A stretch of 64,000 bases of DNA, taken from the NCBI GenBank assembly GCA_026023565.1, contig JAPETS010000001.1, positions 1,426,001 to 1,490,000 on the forward strand. Direction: 5' to 3'. Below the pieces are notes generated by a model. The model was not told the origin of the DNA and did not search any database. It was given only the letters and a program-made list of their open reading frames with translations. Every line of letters starts with the position of its first letter. Within the stretch, counting starts at the first letter, position 1. This stretch comes from Cirrosporium novae-zelandiae. Its lineage: Eukaryota. Shown in pieces: positions 1 through 15,500 of this stretch. The position numbers were made by a program, and so were the translations under genes.

Positions 1-3000
1 TACGGGTTATATAAATTAACGAAATTTATTCGATTATTTTATTATTTTTTAATATCGCGTTTATTTTAATTATTTAATCTGCTGTTTCGTTCTTTAATAT
101 TCTGTAATATTCTGGGATTTATTTAATAATAATTTTCGTCTTTTAATCGACCAAATATTTGGTATATTCGTATATTTTTTATACGATTATTCAGTTTTTT
201 TTTAATTTTTTTTTTTCGATCCGTTTAATAGCCGTTTGCGAATCAAATAATACTATTATTTTTTTTCCGGGGGTTTTATAGTTATTTGGGTACGTTTTAG
301 CCGCTATTTATAGGGCTATTTGCGCCCCCTAAAATTCTGCGTCGAATATTTCCTTATTTTAATTTAGATAGTATTTCCGTATCGTTTATAAAATTTTTTC
401 GGCTGTTTTTTAGATTATTCCCGTTTCTATTTTACGGTTGTTTAATTTAAATCTATCCAATTAATATACGTTTTTCTAATTTTATTTTAACGTTTCGCTA
501 AAAATCTATTATTCTAAAAATATTATTATTTTTTTAAAAATCTATTTTTTTCAGTTATTTAGATTTTTTCGATTTTAAAATTCGGATTTATTATTTTTTA
601 AATTATTATTATAATTAAATATTAATTTAATATATTTTTTTTAATTTTTTAAATTTTTTAAAAATTTTTTAATAATTATTTTTTTAATTAAATATTTACG
701 TTTTTTATTTTAAACGTTATCGATAATATTAAATTTATTAAATTTTTTTCGATTTTTTAAAAATACCGAAATCTATATTTTTTTACGTAATATTTAATAT
801 TACGTCTGCGGAATATATATAGATTTTCTATATAACCGCTATTATTAGGGTTATTTTATAAACCCCTATTACTAATTTTGCAAACCTATTTAGTAATTTT
901 TGAAATTCTATTTGGTACCCGACCTGCCCTTTTTATTAGCTCTCGCACCCGTATATATAGATTGATACTATCGTCGCTACGGCTATCTGGCGCGTAAACC
1001 CCGTAAATAGCCCGTTTCGGTGGTATATATATTTAATTACGTTTTCCACGCGTTTAATTTTAATTAAACGTTAAACGTAATAGATTTAGAAATTAAATTT
1101 CGGGTTTAGTTCTATATTTAATTACCGTATATAATTTTTTTTATATTTAATCGAATAATTATCGATCCTAATTTTCAGTTTCGTATTTATTTAAATTTAG
1201 TATTTACGTAGTCTAAAAAACGTTATAATTTTAATTTTTTAAACGTCGAATTTTAGTCTATTTTTTTTTTTTATTGAACCGTTGTTTTCGTTATTTATTA
1301 AATAGTTTTCCGGGCTTATTTATTATTTATATAAATGGTCGAAAAATTCACGTCGTCCACGAATAATAGAATTTTGATTCTAAAAACCGTTTATTTTACG
1401 GCTGCGAATAGCCCGCTGCAATATATTAAAAATAATATTAGGGATACGAATAATTTTTATAATACCTCTATTTTTATATTAATTCGGGATTATATTTTTC
1501 TATCGATTATTAATTCGATATTTCGTTAAATTATAAAATTAATTATTTATTTAATAATATTTTTATCGATTTTTAATTATTTTAAACGTTATATTAATTT
1601 AAATTATAATATATAATTAAACGTTTTTTTTATATTTATAAATAAAATATAAATTATTTATTTTTAATTAAATCTTTTTTTTATTCGATATATTAAATAT
1701 ATAAACGTATCGATTACATTCCGGTTACGTTTCGATCTAAATTAGTTTTTATATAATTTATTTAGATTTTCGTATATATCCGTTAACGCGTTAATTATAA
1801 TTTTTTCGATTATTTTATTTAAATAATATAATAAATTTATTATTTTATAATTTTTAATTAATATTTTATCGGTTTTTCCGGGTTTAAATAATAATATTTT
1901 TTAAATATATTTTTACTGCGTCGGATAATATTTTAATTGGAAATAATATCGGATTATTTCCGTTATTTTATAAAAATTCTATTATTATAATATACGGAAT
2001 ATTAGAAATTAAATTCTATTATATTTTAAAATTTTATTCGTATTTTATATATATAACGTTTTCCGTATTATTTTTTTTATCGAAAATCGAAATTCGGGAT
2101 TTTTTAAAAATAACGGGAAAATTCGTTCTTATATAAAAATTTTTTTATTTTTAATTTTTACCGTTATTCTCCCGTTTTTTATATAGAACGCCGGTATCAG
2201 GTTTCGGTTTTAAAATTTATAATATTTTAATATTTTTTATTCCCGTTAAATATTTTCAGGATTTAAAAATTTATTTAAATCGTTTTTTTTTATATATATT
2301 TAAAATAAATCGATTTATTTATTTTTTTTTTTAATTTTAATTAATTTTATAAATTTTTTAAATACCGTTTTAATTTTTCCGTAAATTCAGCGTTTTTATT
2401 TCGTTTTTTTAAATATTATATAATATTCGTATTTTTTAACGATATATTTAAAATTTTATTAAATTTTCGATCAGACATATATTTGTTTAGATTTTATATA
2501 TTTATTTAGAATAATTTTTAATTAAATAATAATTTTTTATATTTCGTTTTTCAGCTACATTTCCGTATAATCTACGATTAATATATTTTTCGTAATTAAT
2601 CAGAATTTTTATTTTTATTTTATTTTAATTTATTATTAGGAATTTTTTAACGATTTTAAATTTTATAAATTCAGAATTAATTAATTTATTTTTAAACGGT
2701 AATTTTTTTATTCGAATTAAATAAAAACGTAATTTAAATTAATTTTTAATTTATTATTTATATTATTGATTATCGCGTTTATTAATTATTTTTAAAATAA
2801 TTTTATCGCGGAATTAATTATTATTAAATTAATTATTAAATAATAAATTAATTTTTTTTCGAATTAAATATTTTAAATAATATTATTTTATATTATTAAA
2901 TTTTATTTTTTTATAAATATTATTAAAAACGTATTATTTATAATAAAAATCCGTTCGGGTTTTTATATTAAATTATAAATATTAAAATTTTTTATTAATA

Positions 3001-5516
3001 TTATTTTATTATTATTAAAAATAGATTTTTATTCTATATTTTATAAAATTTTTTTAAATTTTTATTATCGGTCTTATTTTTAGAAATATACGTTTTTCAA
3101 TTTTTAATCGTAAACGTTAATTATTTTAATTAAATTTTTTATTTTTCCGTTTATATTTATTATATTGATATTTAGCGTTACGAAATAAAAATAATTAATT
3201 AAATCGGTTTTTATAATTATTTTAAAAATAATATTTTTTCGATTTTTATATATAATAATAACCGTTTTTATAATTTTATATTTTATTTAAATTTTTAATT
3301 CGGATTAATAAAAATTTTACGCTAAATATAATATTTTTTTTTTTAATTTTTAATTAAATTTTTATAATAATATTATATTTATTCCGGTTTATATAATTAA
3401 TTTTAGAATTACGATCGTTATATTATATTATAATATTTTTATTTATAATTCGGATATATCGTTATTTATTTACGGTACGAATATTACCGATATTTTCGAT
3501 ATTATCGATATTTCGGATATTATTTATATTTTTTTTTCCGTTTTTTTTTAAAATTTGGGGGTTTTTAATTTTTAATTAAAATTTTTTAAATTTAATTTTT
3601 TTTTTAAAAAAATCAATACGTAAAATAATTATATAACGTTTTTTCGGCGTTTTTTTTTTATATATTTTATTTTTATTTTTCGGGTAATTGAATATTTTCC
3701 GTTTATAATTATATAAAAACCTAAATAATTTATATATTTTAATAAAATATATATATAAACCTTTATATACGCGGGTTTATATTCTATTATCCGATACCGG
3801 TGATTTTACGTTTTATATATTTCCGCGTATATAATATATTTAAAGATTTTATTTTTATATTTTAAGAATAATTTATATTTTAATTAAATATATTTTAAAT
3901 ACGTTTTATTTATTTCTAACGTAAATTATCGGGTATATCGAAATTTATATTTCGTTAAATAATAATTTTCGATTTTTTATTTTTCGTATATTATAAACGG
4001 GAATTTTATTTTAATTAAAATAATATATTTTTTTAATATAAACCCGGTTCGTACCCGTTTTTAACGATATTTTTCCGGTGTTATTTATACGATTATCGTG
4101 TCGCGGAATAATTAATACGTATTTTCTAGATTTTTTTTTATTAGATTTAATTTATTTAAATTTTTAAATATTTTTAGAAATATTTTTTATATTTTTATTT
4201 AATATAGGGTTTTTAATAAATATATATTTATTATCGCGTTATTTATTTTTATTACGGTTTTTAAAATTTTTTATTTATTTTTAGATATTAATATATCCGT
4301 ATTAATTTTTCTATCGAACGTAGTTTTTAGATTATTTTTTTTATTAATATAAATTTCCCGTATCTGTAATTCAAGCGGTACGTTTAATTTAATTAATTTA
4401 ATATTGATCGCCGTTATTATTAATATCGTAAAACCCGAATATTCGGTTTTATTTCTATTAAAAATCAATATTTTCTGATTTTCAATTTTTATATCCCCGT
4501 CTGCGGAACCAATGCGTTCTTTTTTATAGGGTTTGATTATTTATTATTTTTTATTAGATTTATCTATTATTTTATTGGTTATTTTAGTATAAATAAACCC
4601 CGTAAATTCCGGCGTTATTTTTATAGGATCCTGTTTCGGGGTTTTCGGTGCCAGCGGTAGGGCCTTTTATCTGGCTATTTTTGCCGTTTATTGGGGGCTT
4701 TTCTGGGCTTTTTTATCCGTCTATATTATTGTCCGCGTGCTAGATATTTACGATCCGGCTATTATACCCGCCCAGGGCGCTATTAAAAAAAATATTATTT
4801 TTTTTTTTTATTATCCGTTCGGGTTTAATTATTAGGATTATATAATTTTCATTTATAGAATTTTCCGCCCCGTTATATATAGTTTTTACGGTTTTTATCC
4901 GAATTTATAATATTTGGATTATTATTATAATTATTTTTTTAATTATTAAAAATTTTTATTTAATTATATATAATTTTTTTTAATTTTTTTTTTAAATTTT
5001 TATAATTTTATTATTTTATTTTTTTAGAACGATTATTCGGGTTTTTAGATCGAAAAATATTTTTCGTAATTATATCGTAAAATCGTCGGTTTTTAGAATC
5101 TAGTATATTTTTTTTTCGATTACGGGAAATATATATATTATTATATATTTAATTATTTATTTAATTAAAATATCTTAATTATTAATCTATTTTTTTTTAA
5201 AATTCTTTTTTTTCGTAAAATTTTTCGACGATATTTTTTCGTTTAATTATTTTTTTTCTAGAATAAAAATCATAATACCGAATCGCTAGATTTTATTATA
5301 AAATTTTATTTCGGTTCGTTCGATTCGTTTTTTAAACGTTATCGTTTTTTCGTATTTATTTAATTCTCGTCAATAATACGTATTTTTTTAGTTTCTGATA
5401 TTTTTTTATTATTATTAAATTTTATAGATTTTAGATAAATATTAATTGTTTCGTATAATAATCGTTATAATAATGAATTAATTTGGTGGCGTGGGGTCAC
5501 TAAAAAACGTTTTTTT
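1..5516 (-). mobile_element. Tad1-like LINE copy A: 5' end present, 3' end outside the window
   Basis: The reverse complement of the family 5' terminus (tttggtggcgtggggtcactaaaaaacgtttttt) lies at ~5482-5516. The copy is colinear with copy G, and the RT FVDD remnant (cacgtcgtccacgaa) is at ~1350-1364. Confidence 0.92.
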
Positions 5517-5561
5517 TTTCCTTTAATTAATGAATTTAAAATAGTGTTTTTTTAAATATAT

Positions 5562-6540
5562 ATTTTTTAGGCTTATTTTTTTTTTAAAAGAATTAATATG
5601 TAGAACGATTATATAACGTTTTTTCGGCGTTTTTTCCTCGTATATTCTATTTTTATTTTTCGGGTAGCTAGGTATTTTCCGTCCGTGGTTATATAAAGGT
5701 CTAAACAGTTTATATATTTTAATAAAATATATATATAAACCCCCGTATACGCGGATTTATATCCTATTATCCGATACCAGTAATTTTACGTTTCGTATAT
5801 TTCCGTATATATAATATATTTAAAAATTTTATTTTTATATTTTAAAAATAATTTATATTTTAATTAAACGTATTTTAAATATATTTTATTAAATAATAAT
5901 TTTCGATTTTTTATTTTTCGTATATTATAAACGAGAATCTTATTTTAATTATAATAATATATTTTTTTAATATAAATTTAATTCGTATTTATTTTTAATA
6001 ATATTTTTCCGGTATTATTTATACGATTATTATATTTCGGAATAATTAATAAATATTTTTTAAATTTTTTTCTATTAGATTTAATTTATTTAGATTTTTA
6101 AATATTTTTAGAAATATTTTTTATATTTTTATTTAATATAGGATATTTAATAAATGTATATTTATTATTATATTATTTATTTGTATTACGATTTTTAAAA
6201 TTTTTTATTTATATTTAAATATTAATATATCCGTATTAATTTTTTTATCGAATATAATTTTTAAATTATTTTTTTTTATTAATATAGGTTTCCCGTACCC
6301 GTAATTCAAACGATATATTTGAATTAATTAATTTGGCGTTGATCGCCGTTACTATTAATATTATAAAACCCGAATATTTAATTTTTTTTTTATTAAAAAT
6401 CAGTATTTTCTAATTTTCAGTTTTTATATCCCCGCCCGCGGAACCAATACGTTTTTTCCTACAGGGTTTAACTATTTGTTATTTTTTATTAGGTTTGTCT
6501 GCTATTCTACTGGCTATTTTAGTATAAATAAATCCCGTAG
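5562..6540 (-). mobile_element. Tad1-like LINE internal fragment (ORF1 region)
   Basis: Colinear with ~27292-28317 of copy G. Abrupt junction to copy B at ~6540. Confidence 0.85.
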
Positions 6541-6544
6541 CCGG

Positions 6545-9500
6545 TATCCCGTATATTTATTACGGGCCCAGTTTTTATTTAATATTTACGTTTGGGCTTT
6601 TTTTCTTTTTATGTCCTGGTTCTATTTATTCTTACTCCAGATACGTCTCACGATTTTCCGTTTCGTATTTGATTTAGAATTAAGGTTTTTTTATTTTTAT
6701 ATTATTTAAAAAACGTATCTAATTTTTAAAGAATTTTCGGTTTTTTAATACGAATATTAATTTTTTTTTCGGTTATTTTGGGCTATTAATCCCCCTGTTT
6801 TTTTATTATTTTTTATAAACGGGCCCTAATTATTCTTTAATACGGGTATATTAATATGAAATAAAATATATTTTAATATAAAATCTTATATTATTAATAT
6901 TCCGGAATAATAATAATTTTTATACGATATATATATTTTTAATAACGGCGTATTTTATTTTTATTTAATAAAATCTATTTATTAATTTTTTAAACGTATA
7001 TTTTAATATCCGATTTTTTTTATATTTTAGATATATTCGATAAAATTTATCGGATAATTTTTTTATTTTTTAATTATATAATTAATTATACGTTTTTATA
7101 ATCCGTTTTTCTATTATATTACGGGCTATATAAATTAACGAAATTTATTCGGTTATTTTATTATTTTTTAATATTATATTTATTTTGGCCGTTTAATTTA
7201 TTATTTCGTTTTTTAATATTTTATAATATTCTAAAATTTATTTAATAACGATTTTTATTTTTTAATTTATTAAATATTTAATATATTTATATATTTTTGA
7301 TATAATTATTTAATTTTTTTTTAAGTTTTTTTTTTCGATTTATTTAATAATCGTTTACGAATCAAATAATATTATTATTTTTTTTTTAGAGATTTTATAA
7401 GTATTTAAATATATTTTAATTATTATTTATAAGATTATTTACGTTTTTTAAAATTCTATATTAAATATTTTTTTATTTTAATTTAAATAATATTTCCGTA
7501 TTATTTATATTATTTTTTCGATTATTTTTTAAATTATTTTTATTTTTATTTTATAATTTTTTAATTTAAATTTATTCGATTAATATAGGTTTTTTTAATT
7601 TTATATTAATATTTCGTTGAAAATCTATTATTTTAAAAATATTATTATTTTTTTTAATTATTTAGATTTTTTTAATTTTAAAATTCGGATTTATTATTTT
7701 TTAAATTATTATTATAATTAAATATTAATTTAATATATTTTTTTTAATTTTTTAAATTTATTAAAAATTTTTTAATAATTATTTTTTTAATTAAATATTT
7801 ATATTTTTTATTTTAAATATTATTAATAATATTAAATTCGTTAAATTTTTTTTGATTTTTTAAAAATACCGAAATCTATATTTTTTTTATACGATATTTA
7901 ATATTACGTTTATAGAATATATATAAATTTTTTATATAATCGCTGTTATTAAAATTATTTTATAAATTTTTATTATTAATTTAATAACCGGTTTATTTTT
8001 TTTATTAAATTTTATATTTATATATATAGATCAATATTATAATCGTTACGATTATTTAATATATAAATTCTATAAATAATTTATTTCGGTAATATATATA
8101 TTTAATTATATTTTCCGTATATCAGATTTTAATTAATCGCTAAACGTAATAAATTTAAAAATTAAATTTCGGATTTAATTATACGTTTAATTATTATAAA
8201 TAATCTTTTTTATATTTAATTAAATAATTATCGATTTTAATTTTCGGTTTTATATTTATTTAAATTTAATATTTATATAATTTAAAAAAAATTATAATTT
8301 TAATTTTTTAAATATTAAATTTTAATTTATTTTTTTTTTTATTAAACCGCCGTTTTTATTATTTATTTATTATTTATATAAATAATCGAAAAATTTATAT
8401 CGTCTACGAATAATAGGGTTTTGATTTTAGGGACCGTCTATTCTATAACTGCGAATAGCCCGCTGTAATATATTAGAAATAATATTAGAGATATAAATAA
8501 TTTTTATAATATTTTTATTTTTATATTAATTCGGGGTTATATTTTTCCGTCGATTATTAATTCGATATTTCGTTAGATTATAAAATTAATTATTTATTTA
8601 ATAATATTTTTATCGATTTCTAATTATTTTAAATATTATATTAATTTAAATTATAATATATAATTAAATATTTTTTTTATATTTATAAATAAAATATAAA
8701 TTATTTATTTTCGATTAAATTTTTTTTTATTTAATATATTAAATATATAAATATATCGATTATATTTTAATTACGTTTTAATTTAAATTAATTATTATAT
8801 AATTTATTTAAATTTTTATATATATTTATTAATATATTAATTATAATTTTTTCGATTATTTTATTTAAATAATATAATAAATTTATTATTTTATAATTTT
8901 TAATTAATATTTTATTGGTTTTTTTAAATTTAAATAATAATATTTTTTAAATATATTTTTATTACGTTAAATAATATTTTAATTAAAAATAATATCGGAT
9001 TATTTTTATTATTTTATAAAAATCCTATTATTATAATATACGGAACGTTTTAAATTAAATTCCGTTATATTTTAAAATTTTATTCGTATTTTATATATAT
9101 AATATTTTTCGTATTATTTTTTCGGATAATTATTAAACGAATATTTTTTTTATTAAAAATTAAAATTCGGAATTTTTTAAAAATAATAAATAAATTCGTT
9201 TTTATATAAAAATTTTTTTATTTTTAATTTTTATTATTATTCTCCCGTTTTTTATATAAAATACCGATATCGGGTTTCGGTTTTAAAATCTATAATATTT
9301 TAATATTTTTTATTTCCGTTAAATATTTTCGGGATTTCAAAATCTATTTAAATCGTTTTTTTTAGATATATTTAAAAAAAATTAATTTATTTTTTTTTTT
9401 TTAATTTTAATTAATTTTATAAATTTTTTAAATATTATTTTAATTTTTCCGTAAATTCGGCGTTTTTATTTCGTTTTTTTAAATATTATATAATATTTGT

Positions 9501-12500
9501 ATTTTTTAATAATATATTCGGGGTTTTATTACGTTTTTAAATAAATATATATTTATTTAGATTTTATATATTTATTTAAAATAATTTTTAATTAAATAAT
9601 AATTTTTTATATTTTATTTTTTAGCTGCGTTTTTATATAATTTACGGCTAATATATTTTTCGTAATTGATTAGGATTTTTATTTTTATTTTATTTTAGTT
9701 TATTGTTGGGGGTTTTTTAGCGGTTTTAAATTCTACGAATTCGGGATTAGCTGGCTTATTTTTGGATAATAATTTTTTTATTCGAATTAAATAAAAATAT
9801 AATCTAAATCAGTTTTTAATTTATTATTTATATTATTAATTACTACATTTATTAATTATTTTTAAACTAATTTTATAACGGAATTAATTATTATTAAATT
9901 AATTATTATTAAATTAATTATTAAATAATAAATCGATTTTTTTTTAAATTAAATATTTTAAATAATATCGTTTTATATAATTAAATTTTATTTTTTTATA
10001 AACGTTATTAAAAACGTATTATTTATATAAATAATCCGTTCGGATTTTTATATTAAATTATAAATATTAAAATTTTTTATTAATATTATTTTATTTTTAT
10101 TAAAAATAAATTTTTATTTTATATTTTATAAAATTTTTCTAAATTTTTATTATTAATTTTATTTTTAAAAATATACGTTTTTTAATTTTTAATTATAAAC
10201 CTTAATTATTTTAATTAAATTTTCTATTTTTCCGTTTATATTTATTACATTGATATCTAGCGCCACGAAATAAAAATAATTAATTAAATCGGTTTTTACG
10301 ATTATTTTTAATATATTATTTTTTCGATTTTTACGTATGATAATAATCGTTTTTATAATTTTATTTTTTATGTAAATTTTTAATTCGGGCCAATAAAATT
10401 TTTATATTAAATATAATATTTTTTTTTTTAATTTTTAATTAAATTTTTATAATAATATTATATTTATTTTAATTTATATAATCGATTTTATAATTACGAT
10501 CGTTATATCGTATTTTTTATAATAATTATATTATAATATTTTTATTTATAATTCGGATATATCGTTATTTATTTATAATATAAATATTACCGGTATTTTC
10601 GGTATTATTAATATTTTAAATATTATTTATATTTTTTTTTTTATTTTTTTTTAGAATTCGGAGGTTTTTAATTTTTAATTAAAATTTTTTCAATTTATTT
10701 TTTTTTTTAGGAGGATTAATATATAAAACGATTATATAATATTTTTTCGGCGTTTTTTTTTTATATATTTTGTTTTTATTTTTCGGATAATTATATATTT
10801 TCCGTTTATAATTATATAGGGGTCTAGACAGTTTATATATTTTAATAAAATATATATATAAACCCCCGTATACGCGGGTTTATATTCTATTATCCGATAT
10901 TAATAATTTTATATTTTATATATTTCCGCGTATATTATATATTTAAAAATTCTATTTTTATATTTTAAAAATAATTTATATTTTAATTAAACGTATTTTA
11001 AATACGTTTTATTTATATCTAACGTAAATTATCGGGTATATCGAAATCTATATTTTATTAAATAATAATTTTCGATTTTTTATTTTTTATATATTATAAA
11101 TAGGAATTTTATTTTAATCGAAATAATATATTTTTTTAATATAAATCTAATTTTTTTTTATTAAATTTAATTTATTTAAATTTTTAAATATTTTTAGAAA
11201 TATTTTTTATATTTTTATTTAATATAGGATTTTTAATAAATATATATTTATTATTGTATTATTTATTTTCGTTATAATTTTTAGAATTTCTTATTTATAT
11301 TTAGATATTAATATACCCGTATTAATTTTTTTATTAAATATAATTTTTAAATTATTTTTTTTTTAATATAGATTTTTTATATCCGTAATTTAAACGGTAC
11401 GTTTAAATTAATTAATTTGGCGTTGATCGCCGTTATTATTAATATCGTAAAACCCGAATATTCGGTTTTTTTTTTATTAAAAATCAGTATTTTCTGATTT
11501 TCAGTTTTTATATCCCTATTTACGGAGCTAGTACGTTTTTTTTTACGGGGTTTGATTATTTATTATTTTTTATTAGATTTATCTGCTATTTTATTAATTA
11601 TTTTGATATAAATAAACCCCGTAGATTCCAGCGTTATTTTTATAGAAATCTGTTTCGGGGTTTTCGGTGGTAACGATAAGGTTTTTTATTTAATTGTTTT
11701 TATTATTTATTAAAGGCTTTTCTGGGTTTTTTTATCCGCCTATATTATTATCCGCGTATTAAATATCTACGATCTGATTATTATATCCGCTCGAAATATT
11801 ATTAAAAAAAATAATATTTTTTTTTTATTATTTATTTGGGCCTAATTACCGGGGTTATATAATCTTTATTTATAGAGTTTTTTATCCTATTATACGTAAT
11901 TTCTGTGGCTTCTATTTAAATTTATAATATCTGGATTATTATTATAATTATTTTTTTAATTATTAAAAGTTTTTATTTAATTATATATAATTTTTTTTCG
12001 TTTTTATTTTAGATTTTTATAATTTTATTGTCTCGTTTTTTTAAAACAATTATTCGGATTTTTAAATCGAATAATATCTCCCGTAATTATATTATAAAAT
12101 TATCGGTTTTTAGAATTTAATTTATTTTTTTTTTGACTGCGGGAAATAAATGTATTATTATATATTTAATTATTTATTTAATTAAAGTATCCTGGCTATT
12201 AACCTATTTTTTTTTAGGGCTTTTTCTTTCTCGTAAGATTCCTCAACGACGTTTTCCCGTTTGGTCGTTTTCTCTCTGGAATAGGGATCGTAATATCGAA
12301 TCGCTAAATTTTATTACAAAATTTTATTTCGATTTATTTAATTTATTTTTTAAATATTATCGTTTTTTCGTATTTATTTAATTCTCGCTGACTGTACGTA
12401 TTTTTTTAGCCCCCGATATTTCCTTATTATTATTAGATTTTATAAATTTTGAATAAATATTAATTATTTCGTATAACGATCGTTATAATAATAAATTAAT

Positions 12501-12532
12501 ATAATAACGCGGGATCACCAAAAAACGTTTTT
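6545..12532 (-). mobile_element. Tad1-like LINE copy B: 5' end present, last ~300 bp of 3' end missing
   Basis: 5' terminus cgcgggatcaccaaaaaacgttttt at ~12508-12532. The left end matches ~23118 of copy G, with no tail or TSD visible. Confidence 0.9.
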
Positions 12533-12552
12533 AATAAAAGATTATCGAAATA

Positions 12553-15500
12553 TTTACGATATTAATAATAACGGCGATTAATACCAAATTAATTAATTTA
12601 AACGTACCGCCTAAATTACGGATACGGGAAATTTATATTAATAAAAAAAACAATTTAAAAATTATATTCGATAAAAAAAATTAATACGGGTATATTAATA
12701 TCTAAATATAAATAAAAAATTCTAAAAATCGTAACGAAAATAAATAATATAATAATAAATATACGTTTATTAAAAATTTTATATTAAATAAAAATATAAA
12801 AAAATTTTTTAAAAATATTTAAAAATTTAAATAAATTAAATTTAATAAAAAAAAAATTTAAAAAAAGATTTATTAATTATCCCGAAATACGGTAATCGTA
12901 TAAATAATACCGGAAAAATATTATTAAAAATAGATACGAACCGGATTTATATTAAAAAAAAATATATTATTTCAATTAAAATAAAATTCCCGTTTATAAT
13001 ATACGAAAAATAAAAAAATCGAAAAATATTATTTAATAAAATATAAATTTCGATATATCTAATAATTCATATTAGAAATAAATAAAACGTATCTAAAATA
13101 TATTTAATTAGAATATAAATTATTCCTAAAATATAAAAATAAAGTTTTTAAATATATTATATACATGGAAATATACGAAACGTAAAATTATCGGTATCAG
13201 ATAATAGAATACAAATTTACGTATACGGAAATTTATATATATATTTTATTAAAATATATAAACTATCTAGGCCTTTATATAATCACGGACGGAAAATATC
13301 TAATTACCCGAAACACAGAAACAGAATATATAAAAAAAAAACGCCGAAAAAACGTTATATAATCGTTTTATATATTTATTTTTTTAAAAAAAAAAATAAA
13401 TTTATAAAATTTTAATTAAAAACTAAAAATCCCTGAATTAAAAATTTAGAAAAAAATAAAAAAAAAAATATAAATAATACCCGAAATATCGATAATATCG
13501 AAAATATCAATAATATTTATACCGTAAATAAATAACGATATATCCGAATTATAAATAAAAATATTATAATATAATTATTATAAAAATACGATATAACGAT
13601 TATAATTTTAAAATCGATTATATAAATTAAAACGGATATAATATTATTATAAAAATTTAATTAAAAATTAAAAAAAAAAATATTATATTTAATATAAAAT
13701 TTTTATTAATCCGAATTAAAAATTTAAACGAGAAATAAAATCGTAAAAACGGTCACTATTATATATAAAAACCGAAAAAATATCGTATTTAAAATAATTA
13801 TAAAAATTAATTTAATTAATTATTTTTATATCGTAATACTAAATATTAATAAAATAAACGTAAATAAAAAAATAAAAAATTTAATTAAAATAATTAATAT
13901 TTATAATTAAAAATTAAAAAATATATATTTTTAAAAATAAAATCGATAATAAAAATTTAAAAAAATTTTATAAAATATAAAATAAAAATTTATTTTTAAT
14001 AAAAATAAAATAATATTAATAAAAAATTTTAATATTTATAATTTAATATAAAAATCCGAATAAATTATTTATATAAACGACGTATTTTTAATAATATTTA
14101 TAAAAAAATAAAATTTAATTATATAAAACGATATTATCTAAAATATTTAATTCGAAAAAAAATTAATTTATTATTTAATAATGAATTTTATTATAAAATT
14201 ATTTTAAAAATAATTAATAGAAATTGTTATTAATAATATAAATAATAAATTAAAAATTAATTTAAATTATATTTTTATTTAATTTGAATAAAAAAATTAA
14301 CGCCCAAAAATAAATTAATTAATCCCGGATTTATAAAATTTAAAATCGTTAGAAAACCTTTAATAATAAATTAAAATTAAATAAAAATAAAAATTCTAAA
14401 TAATTACGAAAAATATATTAATTATAAATTATATAGAATCGTAATTAAAAAATAAAATATAAAAAATTATTATTTAATTAAAAATTATTCTAAATAAATA
14501 TATAAAATCTAAATAAATATACGTTTGATCGAAAATTTAATAAAATCCCGAATATACCGCTAAAAAATACGAATATTATATAATATTTAAAAAAACGAAA
14601 TAAAAATACCGAATTTATAAAAAAATTAAAATAATATTTAAAAAATTTATAAAATTAATTAAAATTAAAAAAAAAAAAAATAAACCGATTTTTTTTAAAT
14701 ATATATAAAAAAAAATAATTTAAATAAATTTTTAAATCCCGAAAATATTTAACGGAAATAAAAAATATTAAAATATTATAAATTTTAAAACCGAAATCCG
14801 ATATTAATATTTTATATAAAAAATAAAAAAATAACGATAGAAATTAAAAATAAAAATATTTTTATATAAAAATAAATTTTTTTATTATTTTTAAAAAATC
14901 CCGAATTTTAATTTTTAATAAAAAAAATATTCGTTTAATAATTATCCGAAAAAATAATATAAAAAATATTATATATATAAAATACGAATAAAATTCTAAA
15001 ATATATTAAAATTTAATTTAAAACGTTTTATATATTATAATAATAAAATCTTTATAAAATAATAAAAATAATCCGATATTATTTTTAATTAAAATATCAC
15101 GCGATATAATAAAAATATATTCGAAAAATATTATTATTTAAATCCGGAAAAACTAATAAAATATTAATTAAAAATTATAAAATAATAAATTTATTATATT
15201 ATTTAAATAAAATAATCGAAAAAATTATAATTAACGTATTAACGAATATATATAAAAATCTAAATAAATAATATAAAAATTAATTTAAATCGAAATATAA
15301 TCGAAATATAATCGATATATTTATATATTTAATATATTAAATAAAAAAAAATTTAATTAAAAATAAATAATTTATATTTTATTTATAAATATTAAAAAAA
15401 CGTTTAATTATATATTATAATTTAAATTAATATAATATTTAAAATAATTAAAAATTAATAAAAATATTATTAAATAAATAATTAATTTTATAATTTAACG

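Noticed and set aside
1335..1529. Recurrent ORFs MVEKFTSSTNNR... (also 54957..55280 and 57308..57544) as a gene family
   Set aside because: They are the antisense frame of the RT FVDD region and recur only because the LINE is repeated.
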